Below are positions 23,205 to 37,620 of a stretch of 64,000 nucleotides of DNA, piece by piece. Both the position numbers and the translations under genes were made by a program. Positions within the stretch are counted from its first letter, which is position 1. Each line of letters starts with the position of its first letter. This DNA comes from Utricularia gibba (taxonomy: Eukaryota; Plantae; Magnoliophyta). The stretch covers positions 744,001 to 808,000 of the forward strand of contig NEEC01000017.1 in the NCBI GenBank assembly GCA_002189035.1. Reading direction: 5' to 3'. A model generated the notes under the pieces. The model was given only the letters and a program-made list of their open reading frames with translations, was not told where the DNA came from and searched no databases.

Positions 23205-24801
23205 TTAACCCCGACCGTTCTCCTGTGAAGAGAGCAGCCATGAATAATTAAAATGCAGATGAAGCATGTAAAGCAGGGAATCACATGATAATACCATTCT
23301 ATAGCGCTTATACGCAAGCCTGCCGGTTAGCTGCTGCCCGTTTTTGTTCATGTAGACCTGAAAGAAAGGTGATGGTCTATGATCCCTTGATGGGCACAGT
23401 GCATCCAGTGAAGGGACTGCGGCATCAGCAAAAGCAACGTATGTTGAAACCAGAGTTTAACTTACTTTCTGACCGCTTTGATCTGTAAACCAGTAGCCAG
23501 TTGATCCGGTTTCTGCTCGCACCCTCCTGTTGCCGGCGTTTTTCGCCACTGCACTACGATTTTGGCACCCTGAATCTTGAGACACTTTCTTGTCCCGTGA
23601 TCTTTTGGTGTTCTTCTTTCTACTTGTGCTGGCTTCTTCAATATTTCTTGCATGACAAGAATTTTTGTTCTGCTGGGTGAACTGTGCCCTGTCGAAGAAA
23701 AAAAGAGTCAACCAAAGAGCAATACTCTTGTGCAGGAAATGTCAAGGAATCTGACAAGTAATCAATCCCATGCGTATCCAGCAGATCATGATCTTGGTTG
23801 TTGGGTGCTCCCAAAGGGAAGAAGTACGGCAAACGATCACGTATAAGCTTCCGAATACTCGAATCCTTGTTGAAAAAATAGGAATGCGCAGGAGGGGCTG
23901 GGCCTGCTGGCCAAATCATCTCATCACAAGGATGGTTCTTCGACTCAAATTTTGCACTACTAGTGCTACTGCGGTTTGCATTTCTGAAATATTCGTCGAA
24001 AACCTCATCAAAAACAGGAGTTCGGATATGGGAGTTCCTTTCTTGGAAGAAATCTTTCCAAAGGCCTTCATTGCTATGCTGCTCAAGAACTGGTGGTTTG
24101 GAGCTTCGACCCTCAACTACTGAGGGATCATCAGAATCTGAATCAATCAGCTGGAATCTTCTAACAGGACTTATGGTTAATCTCCGGGGCTCCTTACTGA
24201 AAGAACCAGAAGCACTTGAAATTTCATTCTTGTTTTGTGAATCCAACTTGCTCCTGCATCTTGCAATCGCAGCCCTGTTACTAGAGAACAATGATGGCTT
24301 TGAGCTGTTGCATACCGAATGACTCAGATGAGCACCTAATCCATCAAACGTTGCTCAAATCATGTTACCACCAATTTGTCAACAGAATTACAAATGAAAC
24401 ATGAATCTGAATCGGGGAAAAAGCAATTTTCATCCCCAACCCTGATAAAGACATACAGTATTAGAGCACAATCTCCGCGTACCTGCCTCCAAGCCTCCCC
24501 CATCCGAGAAATCCTCAATTTCGTCATCCAAATCGCCACACCCATCCTGTAAACCCGCCGCCCGAACCTCTACATCGTGCTTGTTTGCCGGTCCTCGGCG
24601 GAGCCTCTTTAATTCCCTCGGAGGAGTGGAAACCCTAGCACAAGATCCAAAACCATCATCGTCGTCCAGATGGGCGACTTCCGATGCATTACCATCGCGA
24701 TGGGATGAAGAATCGGGGGCAATTGCTGATTGGGGCTCACTGTGAAGATCCAAGTCTAGACCCAATGAAAAGGACGGAGGATCCGCATCGTAGTATGCCA
24801 T
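23205..24801 (-). CDS. Conserved plant protein of unknown function, 5 exons: 24483-24801, 23756-24335, 23466-23688, 23295-23357, 23205-23222 (to 23143 if a 1-nt deletion is corrected)
   Basis: All exon phases join through GT-AG introns. Motifs 'DPPSFSLGLD', 'LKRLRRG', 'FQLIDSDSDDP', 'PPAHSYFF..IRKLIRDRLP', 'NAGNRRV..GYWFT...KVYMNKNGQQLTGRLAYKRYR' match a family of uncharacterised plant proteins as I recall it. Confidence 0.8.
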
Positions 24802-25949
24802 GAAAGCAGGGAAGACGAGGCTCACAAGCTCACCAAAAATGGTGGAACCGAACACAAGGAAATTCGATTGCAAGCCAAATTCTTGTTCAATTTTTGGAGT
24901 TGCCGCCAACAGCTTCCGCTAAAGCGTAATCGGCGCGGCCAATTCACTCCTAAATTAACTTTTATTTTATATTAAATAAGGTGAAAAAATTGTTAATTAA
25001 ATAATAATAAATACTTTGTATATATGTTAGCCATTATTCAATGATCTTACATATTCCTTGATTCATATCAAATCAAATGAATTTAATTAGTCATATGATT
25101 CAAAATATAATATTGCTCATTTTATTTTAAATACTTTTTTCTTCAATTATCAATCTTATTCCTTATTGTATTTCATATATGAATCAATGAATTAATTAAT
25201 AAATTATATGATTTAAAATAAAAAAACTAATTTTATTTCAAATAAAAGTGCTTTCCAATTATCAAATTAATTCCTTATCTTTCTATCAACAAACAAATTT
25301 TCATCAATTCATAATTATTATTTTTATGTGTATCTTGCACATTTAAAATTAAATGATACTATATGATACTATCAACAAAGTACAAACATCCAGGGTCGCA
25401 ACATAATTCATATTAAGATATTGATTTAATTATAAATATTTTGTAATATTTTATAAATTTGACTATAAAAAATTGTATATAAGACACATATAATTACTAA
25501 TAATTTTAATTAATATTCCTTACAAAATATGCTCAATTTTTTAAAAGAATTATGGATTTTTATGTAAATTAAATTTATCCACATTTACAAAAATTAAATT
25601 AAAAATTAAGGCATTTTCACTAAAAAAAACCTTGATATTAACGTTGATAAAATTATCATAATTTTTAACATATATTTTATATTTCATCTACATTAATAAA
25701 ATCAATCTCTAATGTTTTAGATATTTGGAATAATTAATTCTCGAGTTCTTAAACAGAATATAATTAGAGTCTACAAATTTATATTTTATACATTTTTTTT
25801 ATACTTTAACGTTTCAACATTGAAAGATAAATGTTTGATATCTTTTTCTAGTGAATAATTGGAATAAAATGTCTTTTTGCTCAATTTACCTTCCTAGTAG
25901 ACTTTATATATAATGATAGGAAATTATATGACTTTCAATTTCAATATTT

Positions 25950-26560
25950 CATTATTTTTTTATAATTTTTTCAACTTGTTAAAATTGTCTTACCTAAGCA
26001 TTTGTGATATAGGATACCTTGATCATGAAGTGAAAAAATTCAACTTTTATAATCATTAACCTAGATCTTAGAAAGATTGTAGGGGATCAATATAACATGG
26101 AACTCAATCTTGATATTTGGATCAACAACTTTTAACTTTATTAGTTATAGCATCTACAATCTTGATCAGTTCAGTGTCAAAGCTATGTATGTTTAATTGA
26201 TCAAAATTCAATAGGTTCTATTTAAGATTCAATGATTAATAAACATCCCAATTTGAAAAATTCCTTCATTTAGCATAAAAAAATGCTTTCTTTGGTCATA
26301 ATACCGATATTTTTATCAATGCATGTACTTACTTCATTTTTAATCTTCTCAAGATATGAGAAATATATTACATCAAAACATATATGATATGGGGCATCAG
26401 AATTCATGTACCAGCTTTTTGGATATGAGATTAATATCATTATAGCATAATCATAATCACATGAATCTTTATAAAATATTTCTCGTTCACCCTAAAAAGT
26501 AAAAGATGTATGTGATTTTTCATTCCTAAAAGTAGTTGATGGAGAGAGAAATGGGTAGAT
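25950..26560 (+). mobile_element. Possible highly decayed LINE reverse-transcriptase fragment
   Basis: Weak resemblance to the GLRQGDP, LFADD and YE..SGQ.IN..KS blocks; no intact ORF. Confidence 0.3.
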
Positions 26561-27799
26561 GCCATGTGAAAACGTGTTGCATGATGTTTTCTCAATAAAT
26601 TTTATTATTAAAAATGTAAAACACAATTAAAGTATAATATAAGTATTGATATAAAGAAGTTAAGTTTTGTAAAAATCATTTTATGTTAAACTCTTACAAA
26701 TTGTTAGAGATTTTTAAAAAACGATTTTAAACTATTAAAATATTAAATACAACGTATATAATAGACCTTGACTAACGGACCAATTTCTAAGAAAAAGAAT
26801 AAATTTCTATATGATTTATCCTTAACTCACCCTTTATAGATTTTTTGTAAATAACTAGTTACAACATCTTTATCCATTTCTGAAAATGCATGTGTGGTAT
26901 TTCTGAAAATGGGGTAAAGATTTCTAGAAATAGGTAAACTTGTTTCTCATTTCTTAAGAAAACAAAAATGAATAAGATTTGTTTACTTTCAGAAATAGCT
27001 TAAAAACAAAACGTTAAATATCTCAATTTTCTCTTGAGACATAAGATTGTTTGGTTTTCTCCCTTTTTTTGGATCCTGGTTGCAAAGTTAGAGTACCCAA
27101 TGTTTCTACTTGAAGTTAACTCGTCAAAATTCATTTGAATGAATATATAACACAAAGCATGTGCTGCTGATTGTAAATTTTGATTGATTTTTTTCGATCA
27201 CCCTTTGGTATTGATTAATTTTAGTGGATTACTCTTTAGTGGAAATTCTGTTCTGTGATGAATTGAATGATTTTACTGTTTGACATAGTCAGATCAATAG
27301 AATCTGAATAAAAATTCATTTTTTGTTGTGATTAATCACTCACTATAAATGAGTATGACGATTTTGGTAGAATAGTGATTCTTTCAAGTGATTCATTACC
27401 CATTTCCACATTTTTCATTCCTTCCCAAAAAACCCAATTGCGTAACGTAATCTTTCATTCTTAATGTGATTTATCTGCATTTACACTCTTTCACTTCGTC
27501 TAGTTGTATTTTCTTGTGTTTCCCTCCCATACCCATTTGTAACATTGCATTTGATTTGAAATTCCGCAACGAAACGGTCCTGTATTATTTTCTTTACTGT
27601 GGATTTTGTGTGATTTTCATGTAAATGTAACAATGCCTTTCTTTTTGCACTATTCCTTAGTAGACATAATTTATATTTTCAGTGTTAACAGTCAAAATTC
27701 ATAATCATTTCTTCTAGGTTACTTAAATTACTTCTAGATCACTGGATATATAACATACTTTTCATTAATGTAGTTTATTTATTTGTAAAAGTTGTTTCC

Positions 27800-28750
27800 A
27801 ATTGTTTTTTTTTGTAGAATGACTAATCGAGAACTAAAATCACAAAGATAAAGCAATGAAGATAAGGCCATCCTAATTTTGGCTTGACAAAATACAAATA
27901 AGGATTTAATTCATGGAACTTATCTAAAAGAAAAAAGTTTTTGGAAGAAAGTTGTTGACTACTATCATGAAGCAAGTGCTGTTTCTCGTAGCCATTTGCT
28001 CTTGTTTTCCATCAAATATATTTGTCATTTTGTTACTGCCATTCGCTCTTATTTTTCATAATAATATTTATGATAATCCATAGTTGAAAACTTGGAACGT
28101 GTTCTTGCATCCATTGGGAAATGGAAAAATTATCCCGTGGCATGAGAATGTCAGTTTAAGCATGGAAACTATGCTAAACCATGGATTTAACATGAATTTT
28201 TTAGAATTCTAAATGCGAATAATAATATCAATGCTTTATCATTCTCATTCACTAAATCAGTTACATAATGGGATTGCACCACGAGTCCAATTTATTGTAA
28301 ATGGCAATAATTACGACATGGGATATGATTTGGATGATGACATTTATCCGAATTGAGTTGTCGTATTTGTGAAATCTATTACACTACCACAAAGTCAAAA
28401 TGCTTATCATTATGCTCAAGTACAAAAAAGTGATAGAAAAAATATAGAGCATACTTTTGGGATTTTTTCAAAGTTGGTTTAGAATATTAACATCTCCTAA
28501 AGAGTTTGTGATCGAAAAATTTTAGGAGATATTATATATGTATCTATCATATTGTATATTATGATTGTAGCAAATGAAGGTCATTTCATCCTTGGAGACA
28601 TACTATCGATGAATATAAAAGACCTACGAACTATCGAATCATAAAAAATGTATAGGAATATTGAGATCAATATGCAAAGTTATTTAAGTATAATAGAACA
28701 TTCACATAGTACTGGCTGAGCACATTTGAAAAAATTTTATTTGATTTCTA
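27800..28750 (+). mobile_element. Decayed PIF/Harbinger relic (Myb/SANT-like fragment plus DDE transposase fragment)
   Basis: Degenerate translations: 'FWKKVVDYY', 'KWKNYPVA*ECQF', 'NNINAL', 'VNGNNYDMGYDLDDDIYP', 'FVKSI..PQ', 'RKNIEHTFGIF'; these correspond to the W.NCP.AW.GQF, MGYYLADGIYP and RKDVERAFG motifs. Confidence 0.75.
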
Positions 28751-29057
28751 GATTGTTTATGGTATTTTGAGTAATTTCATTTCATTATTTTGTAATGTTA
28801 TTTATCAATCTTGATGTTGAAAATCAAAATATTGTTTGGAATCTTTATTTTAATATTACGATTTCCGGAAATGGATACAAAGATAAAGAAAACTTAATAA
28901 AGGAAATTCAATAACTCAATTTTTGAAAATGCCATGTCAACATTTTCGAATATTGGTAACGATGATTTTATAAGGAGAATCTACTTTTTCTTATATTTTT
29001 TTACAAGGAAATACAAGAATAAATTCATGTGACTCCCTTTTGAACGATTAAGAGAAC

Positions 29058-29330
29058 ATGAGGATTGTTGTCGATTGCTCTCAGAATCGAAATCTTTTCA
29101 TGCGCCTAACTGTTTCCAATGACCAATGGCACATACAAGATCACTATCCGTCCATTAAAAAAATATTACAATCACAAATAATTCATTATCTTCTCGAAGC
29201 AATCGAGTTGGAGATGGTACTCTTCACCTTGCTCATTATCAAAATCTACGAGCAATGGTCGGCTATTCATGAACCGTGACTAAAAGATGTTACAGAAATA
29301 CTCTATCATGATGTATGGAAATATACAAAA
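29058..29330 (+). mobile_element. Possible Copia RNase H C-terminal relic
   Basis: 'IIHYLLEAIELEMV...EQWSAIHEP' loosely follows the H.I.YHF.RE...DQ.ADIFTK.L pattern. Confidence 0.35.
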
Positions 29331-29639
29331 TCTGGAAGAAATTCAGCAAATAATTGAGATTAGTTCTCAATACATAGAAGTAAACTTCATGTATTTTCAG
29401 AAAATAAAAAAATATTTGCAAAAAATGATCATGAAAATAAAGAACAAAAAAAAGCTAAAAATCTTCTTTCTTTGTATGGGTTCTAAATAGTGTTTTCTAT
29501 TTTTCTTTAATTCACACCTACATGCATTAATTTCCTTTGTTTCCTTTATATCATTCATTCTGTATTGCTTGTATACATAGTTTTCTTATTCATGTAAATA
29601 AATGTCCAATCGTTATTGCAAATTTTGACATATCGTAAA

Positions 29640-30760
29640 TAATGAGTTCTAAATAGTGTCAATCTTTTACCCACAATAACTCTAAATTGCATTCAACTCA
29701 CAAAATGTCAGTGTCTTGTCTTCTATAATATTTCAAGATTGCTTCTTACCAATTTAGATGAAAGTGCATAAAAAGCAACACAAAAACATATACAACTAAT
29801 AATAATTGAATTTTTCTAATAATATATATGATTTTTCTCTCTATCCCAAATGCACATAAATTTGGCCCTAATCTTATAGTTAAATTCATGATTGTCTTGC
29901 TAATAAAATTTTTGTCCTCAAGTTTTCCTCCTAATCTTAGAATCTTAATGAAAAACTTTACATTATGTTTAAAGTAGATTTATATAATATCATCTCAAAG
30001 TACTATAACTTCTTTTTGCATATTATCTCTATAAATTTGTCATCATCGTCATATTGAGTTTTTGAGAGTGTCTTAGATTTCTTTTGTTGGTTGACACTTT
30101 ATAATATCATCAAATATATGTTTAGAAATGATTTAATATAAGATATCCATTACTTTATGTTTCCTCTACTTAAGATACTTAGTTTTATTTTGTTGTTCAA
30201 ATGTAAATTTACTTGCCACTACAATAGCCAATAGTTCACTTTCAACAATATCCCAGATCTTTTTGATTCTAAGGTAGCTATGCTTGCTTTTGATCTAGTT
30301 TTCATAGTTAGATCCATCAAATACTGAGGTCTCCTCAGTAAATGTCATGATATGCAAATTGCTTTTCGACCAACTTCAAGTTAAATCTTGAAAAAGAACG
30401 AAGTAAAAAGAAAGATAGAAAGATAAATAAAATACTGAAACGAATATAGATGTGAGCACTTTACTGCTCTAATATCATGTTATCTTTATAAAGATTTAAT
30501 TTTAAGACTAGAACAAAAGATATATGTTTACAAACTCTCATTTGATAAATAAGAATTCTAGAAGAACATGATTGACAAGAAAAAGTCACTCTTTTTGATG
30601 GTAGTCTATAAATATTCAACACTTATATTATACAATTAATGAATCACACTCTAACAAAAAAAAAAGTTTCAATAATGTAATCCAACGATTAAACTTTAAA
30701 ATCCTTTCATGACAAAAAGTAATTTATTGCAATCAACTTCAAACTTGTTTCGATTGAAGT
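29640..30760 (-). mobile_element. Old truncated sibling of the 4729-10085 Copia (gag 5' part, PBS remnant, 5' LTR remnant)
   Basis: Alignable by eye to ~9050-10085: 'aaatactgaaacgaa..ttactgctctaatatcatgt' vs 'aaatactgaaacgaa..ttactgctctgataccatgt'; 'caatatcccagatctttttgattctaaggtagct' vs 'caacatcccaaatctttttgacccaaaggtagct'; LTR end 'aatcaacttcaaact' near 30731. Confidence 0.8.
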
Positions 30761-31251
30761 TGGTATCCACTAAAACTAAATTTAATTATTTAAAACTAAT
30801 TTTACCAAATTTTTAAATAATGTAGACTATTAATATTAATTTTTTTAATAAAAATTATTTATATCGTTTATTTAATTAATGAGTACTAAAGTATTATGTA
30901 TCAATTTTCAAGATAATAAAAATATATTTACACTTGTTTTCAAACAATGGTTAATTACATCCATCTTTTAAACAATTGTTTTAACCAATTTATGTAATTT
31001 TCACAAATAGTAGAAATCAAGTTCCAAATGAAAGTTACTACAGAGACACGTAGGCACAAACCCAAGCTTGTACTATATGTCGATATTGTTTTATTAATAA
31101 GGAATTTATTTTCTTATTTTAATATTAATTAGGCAATGCTAATATTTGACTAAAAACAAATGGAATTAATTCCCAATCGCTATTTACAAAGATACCCTCT
31201 AAAAAGGTTGGGTTTTTAATCTCTACCCCAGCGCCGTCGTCCTCGTCGACG

Positions 31252-31547
31252 TCACTCCGGTATGCTCTGTAACGCCGGCGTCCAGTGCCGTTGGCTCCCC
31301 AGCACCCGGTCTCTGTCTCCCAGCAACTGAACCAACACTTGCGCCGCCGTGATCTCGCTGGCCCCCGCCTTCTCGAGCACTTTCTCCAAGTCCTTCCTAG
31401 ATACCTTGACTCTCACCGACGAGGATGACGGCAACTTCGTCTTGCTCCCGCCGCCGCCTCCTACCGGGTACTCCGCCGCCGATTTGAATGAGGGCCAATC
31501 CTCTTCCCCCACTCATCGCGAGAATCTCTAATCAAACAGTTTCCCAT
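31252..31547 (-). CDS. Short intronless DUF4228-like protein (MGNC...WTPALQSIPE); apparent 1-nt frameshift
   Basis: MGNCL start at 31547, 'VRVKVSRKDLEKVL', C-terminal 'WTPALQSIPE*'. The span is 296 nt and needs one extra G in the run at 31506-31510 to read 'EWGEEDW'. Confidence 0.8.
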
Positions 31548-34309
31548 TTTTTTCAAAGGAACGTGAGAGATCGGAGGAGATACAGTTTCGCTGGTATAAA
31601 TAAAGCGTCAGTGGGCTCCTTCCACGTGTTTTGGATTGGCTCAAAAAGAACCAAGCCGTCAAATCTAACCGTCTTCTCTTTCACGGCTCGGCTCAGCTCG
31701 CCATCCTTGATCTTATTTGATATATTTTTTTCAGTTAAAAATTATGATTTAAAAAGTATATTTTCCAATACCCAGAAAGCACACCCAGAGAACCATACTA
31801 TCAAGTTTAGAATGAGAAAAAATGTGCAAAAATGCTTCTTTTAGCCATAAATTATGGGCCTGAGAGCCGCGGCTAAGGCGCGGGCGGCTTCGTGTGAAAA
31901 GGAGGAGATTCCCTGGATATGAACACGCCAATGGGGGCGAATATTTTTCGGCTCGACTGCTCCACTCACCCACACCAACCAACCAACCAACCATTCCATT
32001 ACCAATAAAATTATTATTATTATTATTCCATCGAATAAAAAACAATTTATTTAACAAGAGATTCTCTGATTTAGTTTATTAGGGTGTAGAAATTAGGTAG
32101 GGTCCAATAGTATAAATTAATTAATTTATAATATTTTTCCAATATTGTATAAATAATTTTGAAAATATGATTAAAATAATAATAATAATGAATACAAAAC
32201 ACACTTACATTTCAATGTTTTTCTAAATAAATTATTCATTCAAAAAAATGAAAATTGAGATGGTCATCTTTTCAAATGGACCCCAAAACTCAGCATTCAT
32301 TTGCGCATTGAGCGCATGTATCACCCTTCCTACTTCCTCATTCAAAACACGTGTACAAACTTTAATTTCTGCTTCAAACTTGAGAAAAATCGTATCACTT
32401 GATTCTAAAAACATTTTTCACGGGTACAACACGAACACCCATTTCACTTCAAAAGAAATTTAAAATAGTGGAATTTTTTCTCCTTATAAAAAAAATATTG
32501 TTTGAAAATAAGAATGAAATATTTAAAATTTTTCATCCTTTCTGTGTATGTGATGGGTTCATTGGTCCAAAGTAGGGGGTCATATAGCGTTTTGAAAAAT
32601 TTTTAAAAAAGTAAAAGTAGAAATATAAACATAAATGGTATGCTCTTGAAAAATTATAAAAATTAGATTAAAAAAATATTTTTCAAATATGATATTGTTC
32701 TAAAAAAATTATTTTTAAACTGTAAAAATAGTAATTGATCATAAAGTTCATAATGAGATAATTCTATATAATTAGATAATGAAATTACTCACAACGATGA
32801 AATTATGAAAAGATTGTTCAATGGATTCTTGGGTAACAAAGATTGGGAGCATTAGGATGAAAATATTTTCAAAAATCTGATGAAAAAATAAAAATAAGAA
32901 GTAGAAGTAGTTGTTTTGCTATTTCTACTTTTATTCCATTTTTAACTACAATTAAAAATTATATTTGCGAAACAGAAACATAAATAGAGAGTGTTTTATG
33001 TAAATTACTTTTGATAAAAACAAAAGTAAAAATGGCACACAAAAGTTTTCGAATACCCAATTTAAATTTGTGATATAACACTAATGAAAAAAATCTTTTA
33101 GAAACTAGTAATGATTTAGTTTTTCTTTGCGTCATAGCATTGACAATATAAAATGTTTGTGATATATTAATGATAGATATATTATGTATCTAAATTTCTT
33201 ACACATTCTTATAAAACATCTAATTTCAAATATGTTGCAAAATTCGTTGCAATTTTCCTCGTCGGTTGCATTAGTGAACGAAAAACAAAAAGGGAACACA
33301 AGATTTTAACATAGAAACTAAATTAATAAACATCACGAGTACTAATCACACCAAATCAAAAAACTCTTCATTAATAATCTGAATTTCAACATAGGAGCAA
33401 GAACAGCTCCAAAAAAATGGCTCAATTCGGCCAAGCTTTTCCCAATAACGAGAAAGACTGCGATATACTAAGAGTTGCTCAAAAATTGAGTGGGATTTCT
33501 CCTCTGCCGTTTTCAATCTCAGACGGAAGGTATCCACAGATGAAACCGAATATCAGCAACTGATCAAGAACTACCAGTTGCAGAGCTCTTAGAAGAAAAA
33601 TTAATATAAATAATATTGGTTAATAATTATATTATATTAAAAACATTATACACTATCATTAATCTTGCCTTGCATCTTGACAGTGTCTCATACCATCACT
33701 GATGGTGTTTTAAAAATATGCACCATCAGTGATGTCGCTTTTAGGAATATGTGCATCAGAGCACCATCACTCATGGAACTTCTAGATGCAGTGCACCAAG
33801 TAACCATCAATGATGGCACCTTGCATTAGTCCCCATCTATAGTGCCGCCTTCACGCGTGCTCTCATTCCCTCCATTCTATATATACATTCCATCCTATAA
33901 ATATGCTGCATGTTCATAAATTTGCTCCATGTTCGTAAACTTTGACCGAAAAACTTTTTGATTACAAGGATGAACTTTTTAAGTTTCTATATATTTTTTC
34001 TATATTTGTAAGTTTTGATATTCAAATTTTTCGATTGCAGAGAAATACACATCAGGTTAGTTCTTTAACTTTTTTTATTCTTTGATTAATTATTTTATTT
34101 ATTAATTTATCATATTTTTTTCTTATTACATACATGATACTTATAAATTTGTTTTTAGCTTTTTTTATAGATTGATATAAGATTTTTTATTAATAATATG
34201 TTTTTATTATTTTTTTGTATTGATTAATATATTTTATTTATTAATATATTATGATATTTTTTATTAAATATGTTATCTTTATTAATTTATTTATAGTTTT
34301 TCTGTAGAT

Positions 34310-37300
34310 TGGCGTGTCCTCACGTCTAAGAGTTCATAGTCCTGAGCATTTGAACCTGTTGGATATACAATAAGAATACATTACTTATGGTGTGTTATAG
34401 GGATCAGACCGTGAAATAATGCAATTCAAATACAGATACAAATTTTTGATAGGTAGATCATGGGAGGAGAGGATTGCGAGATATTTCGATAATTGGAGTT
34501 TTTATAAGGTTCTTAAAACATTACAAATAGAATCAAACTTGAATCTACTCAAAATTCTAGTTGAGAGATGGCATCCACAGATGCCCACCTTCTTTCTATC
34601 ATGTGGAGAGGCCACCATCACCCTCCAAGATGTTTCTATAATATAGGATCTTTATATTCATGGTGCATCGATGGTTCACGTTTGCATAAAACGCACAACA
34701 CAACAATGGCGTAAGCTATGTGTCGAATAGTTTGGATGGGAGCCCGAGGAGATCTTCATTATTGGTAATTCATAATTCATTATAATTAGCCTCTAGACAT
34801 ATATTGATATGTTGCTATCACAGCGGAGATTCCCGAGAAGGAAGTTGTACGTTTTGCTTGTGTTATTATATTGTTAGTCTATTGTAGTGTTTTTTTTCTA
34901 GAATATCACCGGTAATCGTGCCAAGTTGAGTGTCTTTGATTGAATAGCAAATCAAGATCATTGGATGGCCACTAGTTGGGGGGACCATTGTTTTGGTGAA
35001 TTTGTATCACGAGTTTGATTTATGTGTGTTTAGGCACGTTACAATGGGTGGTGCCCATCGTCTTTGTTGCGTGTCATTTCTTCAACAAATTTTAAATAGT
35101 TAAAACGTAAAACACCAAAAAGTGTAGTACGAGTATCGATCTCAGGTAGCTGTTTTTCGTGAAAAGTGTTTTACGAGAAACTTCTACAAAATGTCATGGT
35201 TTTGTAAAATGCGGTTTTTGAGATACAAAAATAAAAGTTACAACCTAAGTGATGGGCCTTAACTACGGGGCGCAGTTCCTTGGAATAAGATTCTATCTCC
35301 TTCCTTTGTCCGTCCTTGCCTCGGTTTTCACTGATTTCTTCCGAATAGCTGGTTATAGGAGTAAAAAACAGCCTACTCTCCCTTACACTCTGATTTACAA
35401 GGAGGCACAAGAATAGTCTCATGTGATTCCCCCTTGGATGATTAGGAAGACAAGAGGAATCGCCTTCGATTGCCTTCAAAACCGAATTGCGCACGCGTAC
35501 GCAGCTGTTGCCAATAGTCAGTGGCAGGTACGAGGTCACAACCTGTCCACTGTCGCAGTACCTAGGACACAAACAATCCGCTACTTCCCTCGAACCGGCA
35601 GGGTTGGAGTTGGTCCTCTTCACCTTGATTTTCACCAAAATCCGTGAGGAGTGGCCTGCTACTCATGGACCTTGATTAGGAGTCGTTACAGAAAGACTGC
35701 AACAAATCGCGTGGAAGTATGCAGAATCCGAAATCAATTCAGCGAAGAACCGAGTGTATTGCTCAGGACCTAGAAGGAAACTTCATCTACTTCCTAGAAA
35801 TTAAAGGTTTTTAACCCAAAAGGGTCATAGAAACAGAAAAAAATTGAAAACTAAGTGTTCTTCCTCCTTTGAGGGGAGGAAGAACTCAAAATGTTCCAAG
35901 TCTAGAAAAGAAAATGACAAAAGTTCGAAACTAAGTACTTCAAGTGGCTTTTATATCACTCCTCCACGTGCATTAACTCCTTGGGGTCCCCTTCCCATCA
36001 TTCCTTCTGTCTTGCGTGCGTCAGTAGCTTTCCTTTGTGTGCAAGTTAGCGCCCAATCATTGCTGCAGACTCTGACATGCCGTAAGTCAGGGGCCTTGAC
36101 CAGTGACAGTCTTCCGCTCACAATTGTTCCAAGTCACGTACAAGGCACGAAAAGTCAGACTCTAACCACCTGCAATACTCCTGCAACACTCTACGACAGT
36201 CTTCATTTATGTCTCGGTCAAAGTGTGAGAAAGAAGACAGAAAATATATACAAAATAGGAAAATAGGATTTTTCTAAGGAAATACAATTACTTATCAATA
36301 TAATTCCTAATTAAGCGACTTGATACATAATTAACACATAATAATACCTAATAAATAACTAGAAAATGACACTTAACAGTCTTCTTCAAGTTCCTTTTCT
36401 CGCTTCCTCTACTAGTATTATATACGTTAAAATTTATCATATTATAATATTTTTTATACAGATGTGGGCATATACTTGGATCTCATATCTACGTCCTATA
36501 CTAAAGCGTCATTTCCCACACGATGTATGATTGAAGGTTCGTAGGTTGGCTTAACCACTCAAATGTGGTCTCCCACAAGTTAGAGCCAATATGTGACACA
36601 CTAGATTTGGTTTGTGGGATGACGAGATACGTTGTTATCATATAAATATTATTTTCTTTGAACCATACATATTGTCATCATATGTATTTCATTGTTTGTT
36701 GGATAGTTTCAGTAGACTCCTTACGAAGATATACATTTACTATGTATTCTGGAATGCGATCGTATGCTTTGGCAGTATGTACAACTTCCTTCTCACCAGT
36801 TTGGATGTGATCATATATGCATCTTGATTAGAGCCTCATTGCCCCAATTGAGCTTTTCACCGGTTTGGATGTGGCCGTGTTATTCCATTTCCTCCATATT
36901 GATATCCTATAGAATATAAGTTCACCAGAGACTCCTACGATACTGATTGGACATTGGAGCATGCTGCATATATAGCTTTGTAGGTATCTAGGCACACTGA
37001 CATTCTCCAGTTGCATTAGATCCTCATGGTATCTGAGGTGGCGTACATGACTTGGTATATGCCGCACGTGTTGTTGTATCTTGGAAGAAGACGAGAAAAG
37101 GGTGATGGATATCGAGGTAGATATGCAGAGCCGATAGCTTATGTAGTAAAATAAACTTTTGTGTAAATATGAGTTAGATCATCTAAATTGATTTCTGATA
37201 TCTTGTTTGTTTTTCAGGTCGCACAACTAGACAGATTTCGTGTTGGGGATCAAAAAGCAATGTGGGCCTATGAGGGCCTAAGCCATCAGCTTGGATGATG

Positions 37301-37620
37301 ATCCTGCACAAGTCCATATAGACCAAACATACGAGGATTTCAATGTAGAGATATTTCAGTAGTGTATGGCACTAACAAGTAGACTATAAACATGCAATAT
37401 TCCTTCTTCCTATGTGCGACCACCACTATTGATTACCAGTCCACCATATCCTCAACCGCCTCCTTATCCGGAGTTCATGATACCCCATGTAGGATCAAGC
37501 CAGTCTAGTGTTGAGAGGGGACATGCGTATTGGAGATTCTCATTTCCACCACCATATAGTGGTCCACATGATGCAATCGATCCGTCATCATCACAACAAC
37601 GTAGACATGGGTAGATGTGT
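34310..37620 (+). pseudogene. PMD / MAIN-like (aminotransferase-like plant mobile domain) gene of the MULE, interrupted by a solo LTR
   Basis: 'LLKILVERWHPQMPTFFLSCGEATITLQDVSII' is the PMD hallmark (LVERW..ET.TFH...GE.TITLQDV). 'GGAHR|LLQV' is restored across the solo-LTR TSD. Downstream blocks are decayed. Confidence 0.8.
35065..36378. mobile_element. Solo LTR (1314 bp), copy A; superfamily undetermined
   Basis: TGTTG...TTAACA ends; perfect 5-bp TSD GTCTT (35060-35064, 36379-36383); homologous in inverted orientation to 38300-39590. Confidence 0.9.
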
